Under the pieces are notes generated by a model. The model made no database searches. It worked only from the letters and a program-made list of their open reading frames with translations, and was not told the origin of the DNA. From an uncultured Vicinamibacterales bacterium (GTDB taxonomy: Bacteria > Acidobacteriota > Vicinamibacteria > Vicinamibacterales > JAKQTR01), in the NCBI GenBank assembly GCA_964358795.1, contig CAYHRK010000004.1, forward strand, positions 1 to 40,505: DNA of 40,505 bases. The letters run 5' to 3'. Numbering within the stretch: position 1 is the stretch's first letter; each line of letters opens with the position of its first letter. Shown in pieces: positions 33,161 to 40,505 of the stretch. The position numbers and the translations under genes were made by a program.

Positions 33161-34339
33161 GTGACTCACCGTTTGTCATTGTCGTCCGCACTGGCCGGTC
33201 TGGCGATTGCCGTGGCCGCCATCACGACGCTGTCGGCGCAAGGCGCACAGACGCAGACTCCGCCGCCACCACCGCCTCGCCCGGCGGCGGCGCAGGTGCA
33301 GCCGGCTACGCCACGGCAGCGTCCCCCGATTCCCATGGACGAGGCCAGGGCCCGCCGCCTGTACGTGTCGAACGACCCCAAGGACCATTCACCCGGGTAC
33401 GACTACCAGCGCGACATCGACGCCAAGACCAGCGAGGATGCGCGGTATCCGGAGCTGTGCAAGGGGATCATCGACTTCACGAAGGTGACCTATCGGTCCA
33501 GTGTCGGCGACATGGACATCCCGGCCTACTTGTTCCAACCGATCCAGAAGCGCGGTGCGAAAGGTCACGCGGCGATGGTGTGGGTGCACGGAGGCGTGCA
33601 TGGCAACTGGGGCCTGGCCATGTTCCCGTTCGTGAAGGAGGCCGTCGCCCGCGGATACGTGATCATCGCTCCGGAATACCGCGGCAGCACTGGCTACGGC
33701 GAAGCGCACCACCAGGCGATCGACTACGGGGGCTATGAGATCGACGACTCGATGTCGGCGGTGGACTATCTGAAGACGCTGCCGCACGTGGATCCGGCGC
33801 GTCTCGGCGTCATGGGGTGGAGTCACGGAGGCTACATCACGCTCTTCTCGGTGTTTCGCGACCAGACGCCGTTTGCGGCTGCCGCCGCTATCGTGCCGGT
33901 GACGAACCTGGTGTTCCGGCTCTCCTACAAGGGCCCCGGGTATCAGGCGAGTTTCTCGACGCAGAAGCGCATTGGCGGACTGCCGTTCGAGAAGCAGGAC
34001 CTCTATATCGAGCGTTCGCCGCTCTATCACGTGGACAAGTTGCAGGTGCCCCTGCTCGTGCACGTGGCCACCAACGACACCGATGTCAACTTCGTGGAGG
34101 ACCAGCAGATCGTCGACGCGCTCAGATCGAGGAAACCACAGCTAGCCGAAACCAAGATTTACGTGGATCCACCGCCTGGAGCCGCCGGCGGCGGTCACAC
34201 CTTCAGCCGGCGCGTCGACCGGCAGACGCTCCAGCGGCAGGACACGCCCGAGCAGATCGATTCATGGAATCGCACGTGGGCGTTCTTCGACTGGACGCTT
34301 CGGCCGTACGAAGATCGCTCGACACCGGCGGCGAAGTAG
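33161..34339 (+). CDS. S9 family serine peptidase / alpha-beta hydrolase (prolyl oligopeptidase catalytic domain)
   Basis: GTG start downstream of GAGGAGGAG. Signal peptide LSLSSALAGLAIAVAAITTLSAQG. Nucleophile elbow GWSHGG; acid in ATNDTDV; His in GGGHTF. No beta-propeller domain. Confidence 0.85.
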   Translation: MTHRLSLSSALAGLAIAVAAITTLSAQGAQTQTPPPPPPRPAAAQVQPATPRQRPPIPMDEARARRLYVSNDPKDHSPGYDYQRDIDAKTSEDARYPELCKGIIDFTKVTYRSSVGDMDIPAYLFQPIQKRGAKGHAAMVWVHGGVHGNWGLAMFPFVKEAVARGYVIIAPEYRGSTGYGEAHHQAIDYGGYEIDDSMSAVDYLKTLPHVDPARLGVMGWSHGGYITLFSVFRDQTPFAAAAAIVPVTNLVFRLSYKGPGYQASFSTQKRIGGLPFEKQDLYIERSPLYHVDKLQVPLLVHVATNDTDVNFVEDQQIVDALRSRKPQLAETKIYVDPPPGAAGGGHTFSRRVDRQTLQRQDTPEQIDSWNRTWAFFDWTLRPYEDRSTPAAK

Positions 34340-34813
34340 CTGCGCGGGAAGGTGGTGACGGCAGGCGGCGGCGGCCGGTCTGACCAGAGGGACCGGAGAA
34401 AGTCAAGCGCAGCGAACAAAAATCGAGTATACTTAACATTTGCGTCGCGGATTAGCTCGCCAGCGTTCATGCAGTTCGCCGTCATCGAGGCGTGCGTGTC
34501 GACCGGGCCAGCGCAGGCGGCGCGCCGAGCCTGCATGACATCACTTAATCCCGTCCTTCATGTTTCCGCGGAACCCGCGATAGCGCCTGTGTCCTGGCGC
34601 ATGGCCTGGGGCACAGCCACGCATCCCGGTGAGCCAGCTGATGTGACGAGCGGTTGGTCGACGCGGAAGTTGGATCGAGGGGACTTGTTCTAGTGCGATG
34701 GCTGCTGCCACGGGCCGCTCGCACGCGCGTGAATAGTCTGTGGCGCAACAAGTCTTGTCCGTACCCATGAGGGGCGGCGGGACATATCAATCATCGGCGA
34801 CGGAGGAGACGAC

Positions 34814-35020
34814 ATGGCAGCTATCAGCGGCACGATTAAGCGGAAGGTGGGCGACAAGGGATTTGGTTTCATTGCGGACGGATCGGGCAATGAATTCTTC
34901 TTTCACCAGTCGGCCTGCACCGGGGTGTCCTTCGACCAGCTTCACGAAGGACAGGCCGTGACGTTCGAGAAGGGGCAGGGTCCGAAGGGACCGCGTGCGG
35001 AAAACGTGAAGCCGGCGTAG
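34814..35020 (+). CDS. Cold-shock domain protein (CspA family)
   Basis: 68 aa. RNP1 KGFGFI and an RNP2-like FFFH. GGAGGAG lies 5 nt before the ATG. Confidence 0.93.
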   Translation: MAAISGTIKRKVGDKGFGFIADGSGNEFFFHQSACTGVSFDQLHEGQAVTFEKGQGPKGPRAENVKPA

Positions 35021-35187
35021 TTCGGCCAGCGTCGACCCGCCGACGCGGGTGCATTCGAGCATGGGGCGGCGCTCGCGGCGGGCGCCGTCGCCTCATTCCG
35101 GGGATCGATGAGTCGGCGTCGATCAGGACGGGTGGCGGGGCGGGCCGAGTGGCCCTTCGGTTCCCACGAACGCTCCAGCGCCGGCGC

Positions 35188-36093
35188 TCAGCGGTGCTTC
35201 AGAAACGTGCCGGCCCGGAACTCGTCGAAGGCCTGCCGCAGCTCGTCTTTCGTGTTCATCACAATGGGACCGGCCCAGGCGACCGGCTCCTGGATGGGTT
35301 TACCCGACACCATCAGGAAGCGGATGCCCTGGTCTCCAGCCTGCACCACGATCTCGTCGCCCGAATCGAACACAATCAGCGAGCGGTTGTCGGCGTCATC
35401 CGACTGGCGCCCGCCGGCGTCGCCAACGCGTTCGGTCTGGACCGGGCGCGGATCGGAAGCGTTGCCAAACCGGCCAGACCCGGCGAACACGTAGGCGAAG
35501 GCATTACGCGACGTCTCGACCGGCAGACTGCGCTTCAGACCAGGGGGAATCCACACGTCCAGATAGTGCGGCTCGGCCGCCAAGCCATCGACCGGCCCCG
35601 ATTGGCCCCAGAAGTTCCCGCAAATCACCCTTACCTTCGTCCCATCATCGTCGGTCACCTCCGGGATGTCCGCCGAGTGGATCTCCTGGTACCGCGGATC
35701 GGTCATCTTGAGCGACGACGGAAGATTGGCCCACAGCTGGAAGCCGTGCATCTGGCCCCGGTCGTTGCCGCGGGGCATCTCCTGGTGGATGATGCCGCTG
35801 CCGGCCGTCATCCACTGCACATCGCCGGGGCCGATGGTCCCCTTGTTGCCGAGGCTATCGGCATGATCCACGTCGCCGGCCAACACATACGTGATGGTCT
35901 CGATACCCCGGTGCGGATGCCACGGAAAGCCCGCCAGGTAGTCGTCGGGGCGCTCGTTCCTGAAATCGTCGAGCAGGAGAAACGGGTCGACATCGGCCGT
36001 CTCACCGAATCCAAACGCGCGGCGCAGATGGACACCGGCGCCCTCGAGGGTGGGTCTTGCCTTGACGAGACGCTTGATTGGCCGAATCGACAT
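35188..36093 (-). CDS. Pirin family protein
   Basis: Bicupin with the metal-binding region FPWHPHRGIETITYVLAG and QWMTAGSGIIHQEMP. GGAGGAG lies just upstream of the ATG. Confidence 0.92.
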   Translation of the reverse strand: MSIRPIKRLVKARPTLEGAGVHLRRAFGFGETADVDPFLLLDDFRNERPDDYLAGFPWHPHRGIETITYVLAGDVDHADSLGNKGTIGPGDVQWMTAGSGIIHQEMPRGNDRGQMHGFQLWANLPSSLKMTDPRYQEIHSADIPEVTDDDGTKVRVICGNFWGQSGPVDGLAAEPHYLDVWIPPGLKRSLPVETSRNAFAYVFAGSGRFGNASDPRPVQTERVGDAGGRQSDDADNRSLIVFDSGDEIVVQAGDQGIRFLMVSGKPIQEPVAWAGPIVMNTKDELRQAFDEFRAGTFLKHR

Positions 36094-36338
36094 GTCTCCT
36101 CCGGAAGATGACCAGCCTTCTCTTAGACCCGTTCAAAACCCGCTAGGATCCGCTGCTGAGCGATTTGGGCCATGGCGGACGACACCGACACCAGTGCTGC
36201 AAACAGGGCGGCTGCAGTTGTGCGCATGTGCCGATTATATGCGTCTGTGAAGATCCTCGGCTCTCACCGTTCGCTCGTCCGGTCTCTTCCCCTCGTAGTA
36301 AACTGCCGCTCTATCCACGATCCACTCCAGGAGTCATT

Positions 36339-37625
36339 GTGACCATCCGTTGCCGTATCGCCGCCGTCTCCCTGCTGATGACCGCGCATCTGTCGGCCAG
36401 CGACCTTCCGCCGATCGAGCAGCAGATTGCCAGGCACATCGATGGGCGTCGCGCGGCCGCCATTGACCTGCTCGAGCGCTCGGTGAACATCCCGAGCGCC
36501 ACCGAGAACCACGAGGGCGTCAGACGCGTGGGCGAATTGTACGCCGCCGAGTTGAAGCCACTCGGCTTCGACACCACTTGGGTCAACCAGGACGAGGTTG
36601 GCCGCGCGGGCCACCTGGTGGCCGAGCACCGCGGTACCAAGGGCACGCGCGTGTTGCTCATCGGCCATCTCGACACCGTGCTGCAGGGCGAGCCGTTCCG
36701 GCGCGAGGGCCGGAAGGGCTTCGGCAGCGGCGCCTCCGACATGAAAGCCGGTAATGCCATCGTCATCGAGGCGCTTCGGGCGCTGCACGCCGCTGGGCGT
36801 CTCGAGGACCGCCAGGTGATCGTGGTCTTCACGGGCGACGAGGAGGATACGGGCAAGCCCTACGAGAAGAGCCGCGCGGCACTGGTCGACGCCGCGAAAC
36901 GGAGTGACGTGGCGTTCGCCTTCGAGGGCTACGAGCCGGGCACCGCCGTCGTCGGACGGCGCGGCTTCAGCTCGTGGCGGCTCGAGGTGGCTGGATCGCA
37001 GGGCCACTCCTCGACGATTTTCGGCGAAGACCGCGGCAGCGGCGCCATCTTCGAGGCGGCGCGCATCCTGACGACCTTCCACGCGGATCTGCGCGAGCCC
37101 TATCTCACCTACAACCCCAGCGTGATTGCCGGCGGCACCGACGTGAAGTACGACGCGCCCACCTTCACGGGGACGGCAACCGGCAAGACCAACGTCGTGC
37201 CGCGGTCGGTCGTGGTCGAGGGCGACATGCGGTTCCTCTCGCGCGACCAACTGGAGCGGGCCCGCGTCAAGATGCGGGCGATCGTTGCGCAGAACCTGCC
37301 GAAGACGTCGGCGACCATCAGCTTTATGGACGGCATGCCGTCGATGGAGCCGACCGACGGCAATCGGGCGCTGCTCGCCACGCTCGATCGCGTCTCGCGC
37401 GATCTCGGCACCGGCCCGATGACGCCGCACGATCCGTCCAAGCGCGGCGCGGGCGACGTGTCGTTTGTGGCCACGCTGGTGTCGGGCCTCGATGGCCTCG
37501 GGGCGCTGGGCGCGCAAGAACACGCCCCGGGCGAGTACACCGACCTGGAGGAGATGCCGGCGCTGACCACACGAGCCGCGCTTCTGATGAATCGCGTGAT
37601 GTGGGCCAATCCGCCCGCGAAGTAA
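36339..37625 (+). CDS. M20 family metallopeptidase (carboxypeptidase G2-like)
   Basis: GTG at 36339 with AGGAG 5 nt upstream. Signal peptide IRCRIAAVSLLMTAHLSA. Motifs LLIGHLDTV, GASDMKAG, FTGDEEDTG. The track start at 36165 adds implausible sequence. Confidence 0.85.
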   Translation: MTIRCRIAAVSLLMTAHLSASDLPPIEQQIARHIDGRRAAAIDLLERSVNIPSATENHEGVRRVGELYAAELKPLGFDTTWVNQDEVGRAGHLVAEHRGTKGTRVLLIGHLDTVLQGEPFRREGRKGFGSGASDMKAGNAIVIEALRALHAAGRLEDRQVIVVFTGDEEDTGKPYEKSRAALVDAAKRSDVAFAFEGYEPGTAVVGRRGFSSWRLEVAGSQGHSSTIFGEDRGSGAIFEAARILTTFHADLREPYLTYNPSVIAGGTDVKYDAPTFTGTATGKTNVVPRSVVVEGDMRFLSRDQLERARVKMRAIVAQNLPKTSATISFMDGMPSMEPTDGNRALLATLDRVSRDLGTGPMTPHDPSKRGAGDVSFVATLVSGLDGLGALGAQEHAPGEYTDLEEMPALTTRAALLMNRVMWANPPAK

Positions 37626-37655
37626 CCCGAGCCGCAACGGGCCAGCCGAAGCCGG

Positions 37656-38126
37656 TCACCGTTCGTGCCGGTGTTCTTGTGTGCGCAGGGCGTCCTCCAA
37701 CGCCGGGAGGATTGAGAGGTCTTTCGGCCGCCCCGTGGCTTTCTTGCTTTCGATGATGCGGGAGAGGGGAAGCACAGGGATCTCCGCGCGGCCCACGTTT
37801 ATTCGAATCGCCGTGCTCGCTTCCTGCTCGAACGACCCGAGCCCGTGCATGTGCACAACGATGTCGAACAGTTCGGTACCGGCCCCGCCGATGAGCGGCG
37901 GTGTCGAATGGGTCGGAGCGATATAGAACGCCCCAATTCGCTGAAGCGCACGGTAAAAGCGAGGATCGGTCAGATCACGAAGCCAGAGGTCGACATCCTG
38001 CGTGACGGCCGGCGCCCCCTGAAGCGCGGCGGCGGCCAGGCCCACGACGAGGAAGTCCACGCCCTCATCGACGAGCGCGTCGAGGAAGGCGATCTCCCTA
38101 TCGCTGAATGGCGGTGGCGCGTCCAC
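37656..38126 (-). CDS. Minimal nucleotidyltransferase-fold protein (AbiEii/MenT-like or DUF2204-like), 156 aa
   Basis: VVGLAAAALQGAPAVTQDVDLWL matches the NTase G-x-A..T-x-D-x-D pattern. C-terminal IIESKKATGRPKDLSIL. GTG start with GGAG 8 nt upstream, located inside the preceding small ORF. Confidence 0.7.
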   Translation of the reverse strand: MDAPPPFSDREIAFLDALVDEGVDFLVVGLAAAALQGAPAVTQDVDLWLRDLTDPRFYRALQRIGAFYIAPTHSTPPLIGGAGTELFDIVVHMHGLGSFEQEASTAIRINVGRAEIPVLPLSRIIESKKATGRPKDLSILPALEDALRTQEHRHER

Positions 38127-38310
38127 GAACGAGACTCCGGTTGAGTCGGTCGACAGGGGGTTCCTCGAGGAGGATCAGGGTATGCCAGACGTTCTCAAAG
38201 GACGCCTGGGGTTCGGCGGCGCAGATCGCTTGCGCCGCGCGCAAACGGACGCGAGCGCGTTCGAGCGCATCAACTGCGGCCGGATCGGGGGCATCCGTGG
38301 GTGCTGGCAT
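38098..38310 (-). CDS. Small ORF (70 aa) overlapping the start of the NTase gene; candidate partner
   Basis: ATG at 38308-38310 with GAGG 7 nt upstream. An extended -10-like TGGGATAAT lies 17 nt upstream. 29-nt overlap with the downstream gene. Moderate GC3. I recognise no domain. Confidence 0.45.
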   Translation of the reverse strand: MPAPTDAPDPAAVDALERARVRLRAAQAICAAEPQASFENVWHTLILLEEPPVDRLNRSLVRGRATAIQR

Positions 38311-38327
38311 CTTCGCGCCTCGGCCAG

Positions 38328-38336
38328 ATTATCCCA
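38328..38336 (-). promoter_or_regulatory. Extended -10-like element (TGgGATAAT)
   Basis: The minus strand reads tgggataat, 17 nt upstream of the small-ORF ATG. No good -35. Confidence 0.3.
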
Positions 38337-38701
38337 CAAGTCGAGCAGACCGACCGATCCAGCGGTCCATGCCCCGATCAGACGATCAGTTGGACCGAGA
38401 CCGTTGAGCCGGCCGTACGGGCGGTGATCAGCGCTGCGTCGCCGCCTGGGTGAGGCCCTTCTGCAGCTCCTCGGCATTCATGACGGGTGTCGAGGTAGCC
38501 GCGCGCCGGACAGGGCGCCTGAAACGGTTCCGGATCTTGAGATACGCTCACGTTGGTACTCCAAGAACTCTGGTGAGCTTGGCCTCCCGGTTCGCCCATC
38601 GGACCGTACAACAATTCTGCTCCGATCTCGATGAGCATCGTGCTCAACTGGACGGCGGGTTTGAAGAAGTGAGAGGTCCTCGCCGTCACCGAACCGGCGC
38701 A

Positions 38702-38729
38702 TTGCCGGGGCGGTCGGATTTGGCTATGC
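38702..38729 (+). promoter_or_regulatory. Candidate promoter (TTGCCG-17 nt-TATGCT)
   Basis: -35-like ttgccg at 38702-38707, a 17-nt spacer, tatgct at 38724-38729. It lies 9-12 nt before the GTG/ATG at 38739/38742. Confidence 0.3.
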
Positions 38730-38738
38730 TGGGATGCC

Positions 38739-38969
38739 GTGATGACACTGGATGCCGAACGGGCGTACGTGCGGCGATGGATGGAAACAGGGCAACTGCT
38801 GGCCGACCTGCGCTGGCGTGAGCTTCGAGCGCTTGACGCGGCTGATGCCCTTCGCATCTCCGATCACCTGATAGCGGCGGCCCTTCGCGTACCATTGCCG
38901 GAGAGCCGCCGTCAGTGGTCCGGCCTCGTCGAGTGGCAGGACCTCCTTCACGCTCCCGCCTCGTCGTGA
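38739..38969 (+). CDS. Small ORF (76 aa) translationally coupled to the second NTase gene; candidate partner
   Basis: MTLDAERAYVRRWMETGQLLADLRWRELRALDAADALRISDHLIAAALRVPLPESRRQWSGLVEWQDLL appears helical. Its TGA (38967-38969) overlaps the downstream GTG (38966-38968) as GTGA. Confidence 0.55.
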   Translation: MMTLDAERAYVRRWMETGQLLADLRWRELRALDAADALRISDHLIAAALRVPLPESRRQWSGLVEWQDLLHAPASS

Positions 38970-39541
38970 ATGCCCTCTTTGCGGCGGCCGCCGGCATCGA
39001 GGCGTTTTGCGTCGCCCGCCGTTGGCGATGTTGCGTGATCGGCGGTCTCGCCGTGCAGCGGTGGGGCGAGCCACGCCAGACACGCGACGTCGATCTCACG
39101 CTGCTCACCGGCATCGGGGGCGAGGCGCCGTTTGTCGACGCCATCCTGCTTCAGTACGCGCCGCGGTTTCCGGAGGCTCGTCGCTTTGCCCTCGAACGGC
39201 GTGTCTTGCTCGTGGAAACAGGCGATCGGATTCCTCTCGACATTTCGCTCGGCGCGTTGCCGTACGAAGCCCGAGTGATCGAGCGAGCCAGTCCCTTTGA
39301 GGTCGAACCCGGTGTCACCGTGACCACGTGCTCGGCGGAGGACCTGCTCATCCTCAAGGCTGTCGCCGGCCGTGTGCAGGACTGGCTGGATGTCGAGGGG
39401 GTTATCGTTCGTCAGGGATCGAACGTGAATCGTGAACTTGTGCTTGACGAACTGCGGCCATTGCTCGACCTGAAGGAAGACGAAGAGGCGGAGCCGAGGC
39501 TCGTCGCGCTGTTCAGGAAGCACCTCGCGCGACTTCCATAG
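38966..39541 (+). CDS. Minimal nucleotidyltransferase-fold protein (AbiEii/MenT-like), 191 aa
   Basis: VIGGLAVQRWGEPRQTRDVDLTL matches GG-x-A..R-x-T-x-D-x-D. C-terminal LLILKAVAGRVQDWLDVEGV. Start placed at the in-frame GTG that forms the GTGA overlap. The track start at 38915 lies inside the small ORF. Confidence 0.7.
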   Translation: MNALFAAAAGIEAFCVARRWRCCVIGGLAVQRWGEPRQTRDVDLTLLTGIGGEAPFVDAILLQYAPRFPEARRFALERRVLLVETGDRIPLDISLGALPYEARVIERASPFEVEPGVTVTTCSAEDLLILKAVAGRVQDWLDVEGVIVRQGSNVNRELVLDELRPLLDLKEDEEAEPRLVALFRKHLARLP

Positions 39542-39547
39542 GGACCC

Positions 39548-39709
39548 ATGTCCTTCGCTCTAATCACGACGCGGATGCTGGAGAAGGCGTTCAATGACTG
39601 CGACGTGGCGGCGGACGGAAAGCGGTTCCTGATCGGAACGATGACCGGCGAGTCAACGTCAACACCTCGAACGGTCATCCTCAATGGGACAGCGGACTCG
39701 AAGAAATGA
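39548..39709 (+). pseudogene. C-terminal remnant of a TolB/WD40-like beta-propeller protein
   Basis: 53 codons end ..CDVAADGKRFLIGTMTGESTSTPRTVILNGTADSKK. This resembles the common ..DVs.DGkRFL......p.tVVlNW.a.LKK tail of propeller-containing proteins, with the Trp and Leu lost. No propeller body lies upstream. Confidence 0.4.
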
Positions 39710-40178
39710 GCTGCATCGTCGCGATGCTCGTTGCGGGACTGGTGTTCGCGGCAACCGGCGTCCGCGCCGCCCGCCCCTCGAACACGCTGGCTTCCATCAC
39801 CGCGTTAGCTTTCGCCTCGACCCTGAGCCTGCTGTTGGCGGGGACGCCTTCGAGCGAGGCCCCGATGAACCCGAGCGCCTCGCCCAACTGGCGCGGGTCC
39901 TCCACCGCGTCGTCCTCCTGCGGCAGCCGCATCGTGGCGGTCGAGACGATGAAGGAGGGGAAGAGTTGGGCGTCCATGCCGACGACGGGTTCCCATCGCA
40001 GCGCCGCCGCCGGGGCGGGCGCCGCATTCCCTTTCGTGATGCCGCGGGAGTACCGCTTCTTGACGGTTTTGTCGGGCAACTGGGAGGCCTGCCCGCCCTT
40101 CTTGACCGCCTGCTGGGCGGCAACCGGCTCTGGGACCGGCGCCATCAGGAGCACCGCCAGCGCCATCCAGAAACACAT
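39681..40178 (-). CDS. Secreted hypothetical protein (165 aa), possibly 3'-truncated
   Basis: Signal-peptide-like MCFWMALAVLLMAPVPEPVAAQQ. GC3 is high through most of the ORF but drops over the last 15 or so codons, where it overlaps the remnant on the other strand. I recognise no domain. Confidence 0.5.
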   Translation of the reverse strand: MCFWMALAVLLMAPVPEPVAAQQAVKKGGQASQLPDKTVKKRYSRGITKGNAAPAPAAALRWEPVVGMDAQLFPSFIVSTATMRLPQEDDAVEDPRQLGEALGFIGASLEGVPANSRLRVEAKANAVMEASVFEGRAARTPVAANTSPATSIATMQLISSSPLSH

Positions 40179-40198
40179 CTGTCGTTTCGCTGAGGCAG

Positions 40199-40505
40199 AT
40201 TCTCGGGACCGTGGCGTTGACCGACCTCGAAGGCAAGACGTAGACGCTCGCCAGCTTCAACTTCACCGAGCCGCTGCCTGGCGGGATCGACGTGACCCTG
40301 TCGGTGCAGGACGGCAAAGCGTCGGGTCTGGGCGGGTACAATCGCTACAGCGGCACGATTGCCGCGGGCACCGACGCACGCTCGGTAAAGATCGGACCGC
40401 TCACCTCCACCCGAATGGCCTGCGTCCCGCCCCGCGACGCCATCGAAGCCCGCTACTTCGCGGCGCTCGACCATACGTTCCAGTACAGCTTCGTCACCGG
40501 GTCCC
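40199..40505 (+). pseudogene. META (HslJ-like) domain gene, no N-terminus, interrupted by TAG, runs off the right edge
   Basis: High-GC3 frame: GTVALTDLEGKT-TAG(40241)-TLASFNF..VTLSVQDGKASGLGGYNRYSGTIAAG..KIGPLTSTRMACVPPRDAIEARYFAAL. This matches the META pattern (W.L..L.G...l.F..dg..sG..GCNry.G.y......gpla.TrMaC....E..f..aL). No start codon or signal peptide is available upstream. Confidence 0.6.

Noticed and set aside
34352-34693. A 113-aa plus-strand ORF (and internal MQFAVIEACVSTGPAQAARRAC..) in the csp upstream gap.
   Set aside because: It has no SD and declining GC3 bias. Its composition is Trp/Arg/Ser-rich with no motifs, and it overlaps equally long ORFs on the other strand.
36123-36227. 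A 34-codon minus-strand ORF (MRTTAAALFAALVSVSSAMAQIAQQRILAGFERV) with a TATAAT 6 nt upstream, lying upstream of pirin.
   Set aside because: It looks like a signal peptide with nothing attached. GC3 bias is mixed and there is no SD. It is possibly an N-terminal remnant or a leaderless micro-ORF, but it cannot be supported from sequence alone.
38378-38700. Possible decayed XRE-type HTH gene on the minus strand, between the two NTase modules (..REAKLTRVLGVPT-TGA-AYLKIRNRFRRPV..MNAEELQKGLTQAATQR).
   Set aside because: The match to the HTH_3 pattern is weak. The sequence is broken by a stop and spread over frames, and GC3 is only about 60 percent. I cannot distinguish it from noise without profile searches.
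2488-40243. TAG reassignment (for example pyrrolysine) as an explanation for the two in-frame TAG codons in conserved domains (2488 and 40241).
   Set aside because: At least seven well-supported genes in the window terminate naturally at TAG: 4511, 4664, 6981, 10010, 13446, 17988, 18064. No pyl genes are seen here. Nonsense mutation or sequencing error is more parsimonious. A genome-wide search for pylTSBCD would be decisive.
1-40505. Search for tRNA/rRNA genes, CRISPR repeat-spacer arrays, integrases, transposases, reverse transcriptases or phage structural genes.
   Set aside because: I found none. The only T-loop-like string (gttcgagtc near 18013) has no flanking stems. All tandem repeats are short, either coding low-complexity sequence or G-tract units, with no spacer structure.

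Overview
GC-rich segment with strong GC3 bias. Its gene content suggests a soil Acidobacteriota-like bacterium; this is inferred from the BNR/sortilin-like protein, the CarboxypepD_reg-TonB receptor, the PEGA domain and the Hanks kinase. I support about 33 protein genes.

Left to right:
- A three-gene phosphorelay cluster (hybrid HK, CheY-like RR, REC-PAS-HK-REC).
- A methionine-gamma-lyase-family gene divergent from an AEC transporter.
- A TonB-dependent receptor with a clean terminator.
- A minus-strand run: S45 penicillin/AHL-acylase, a second gamma-lyase-family PLP enzyme, guaA, a small membrane protein.
- A 4Fe-4S protein and a DUF72 protein.
- An outer-membrane beta-barrel protein with a long charged helix.
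- A Glf-like flavoenzyme plus a 696-aa polytopic membrane protein.
- An FHA protein and a BNR/Asp-box protein.
- A POT peptide permease and a tail-anchored Ser/Thr kinase.
- A CBS-pair protein divergent from a 2-TM pore-loop protein.
- A standalone DEDDy exonuclease.
- An S9 peptidase, a cold-shock protein, pirin and an M20 peptidase.

I recognised no rRNA, tRNA, CRISPR array, integrase or transposase. Most of the window looks like ordinary chromosomal housekeeping and nutrient-scavenging content.

The accessory-looking part is 37.6-40.5 kb. It holds two divergently oriented modules, each a small ORF followed by a minimal nucleotidyltransferase. They resemble AbiEii/MenT toxin-antitoxin pairs but are compact and have no HEPN partner. 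Gene remnants flank them. This is my best candidate for an undescribed system, and it rests on motif-level evidence only.

Other points worth a second look:
- An in-frame TAG inside the receiver domain.
- A pseudogene that changes frame twice at G-runs.
- A G-tract tandem array in a divergent promoter region.
- Two REP/MITE-like structured repeats.
- A pore-loop protein with a non-canonical selectivity filter.

All functional calls come from motifs read by eye. No database search was run.
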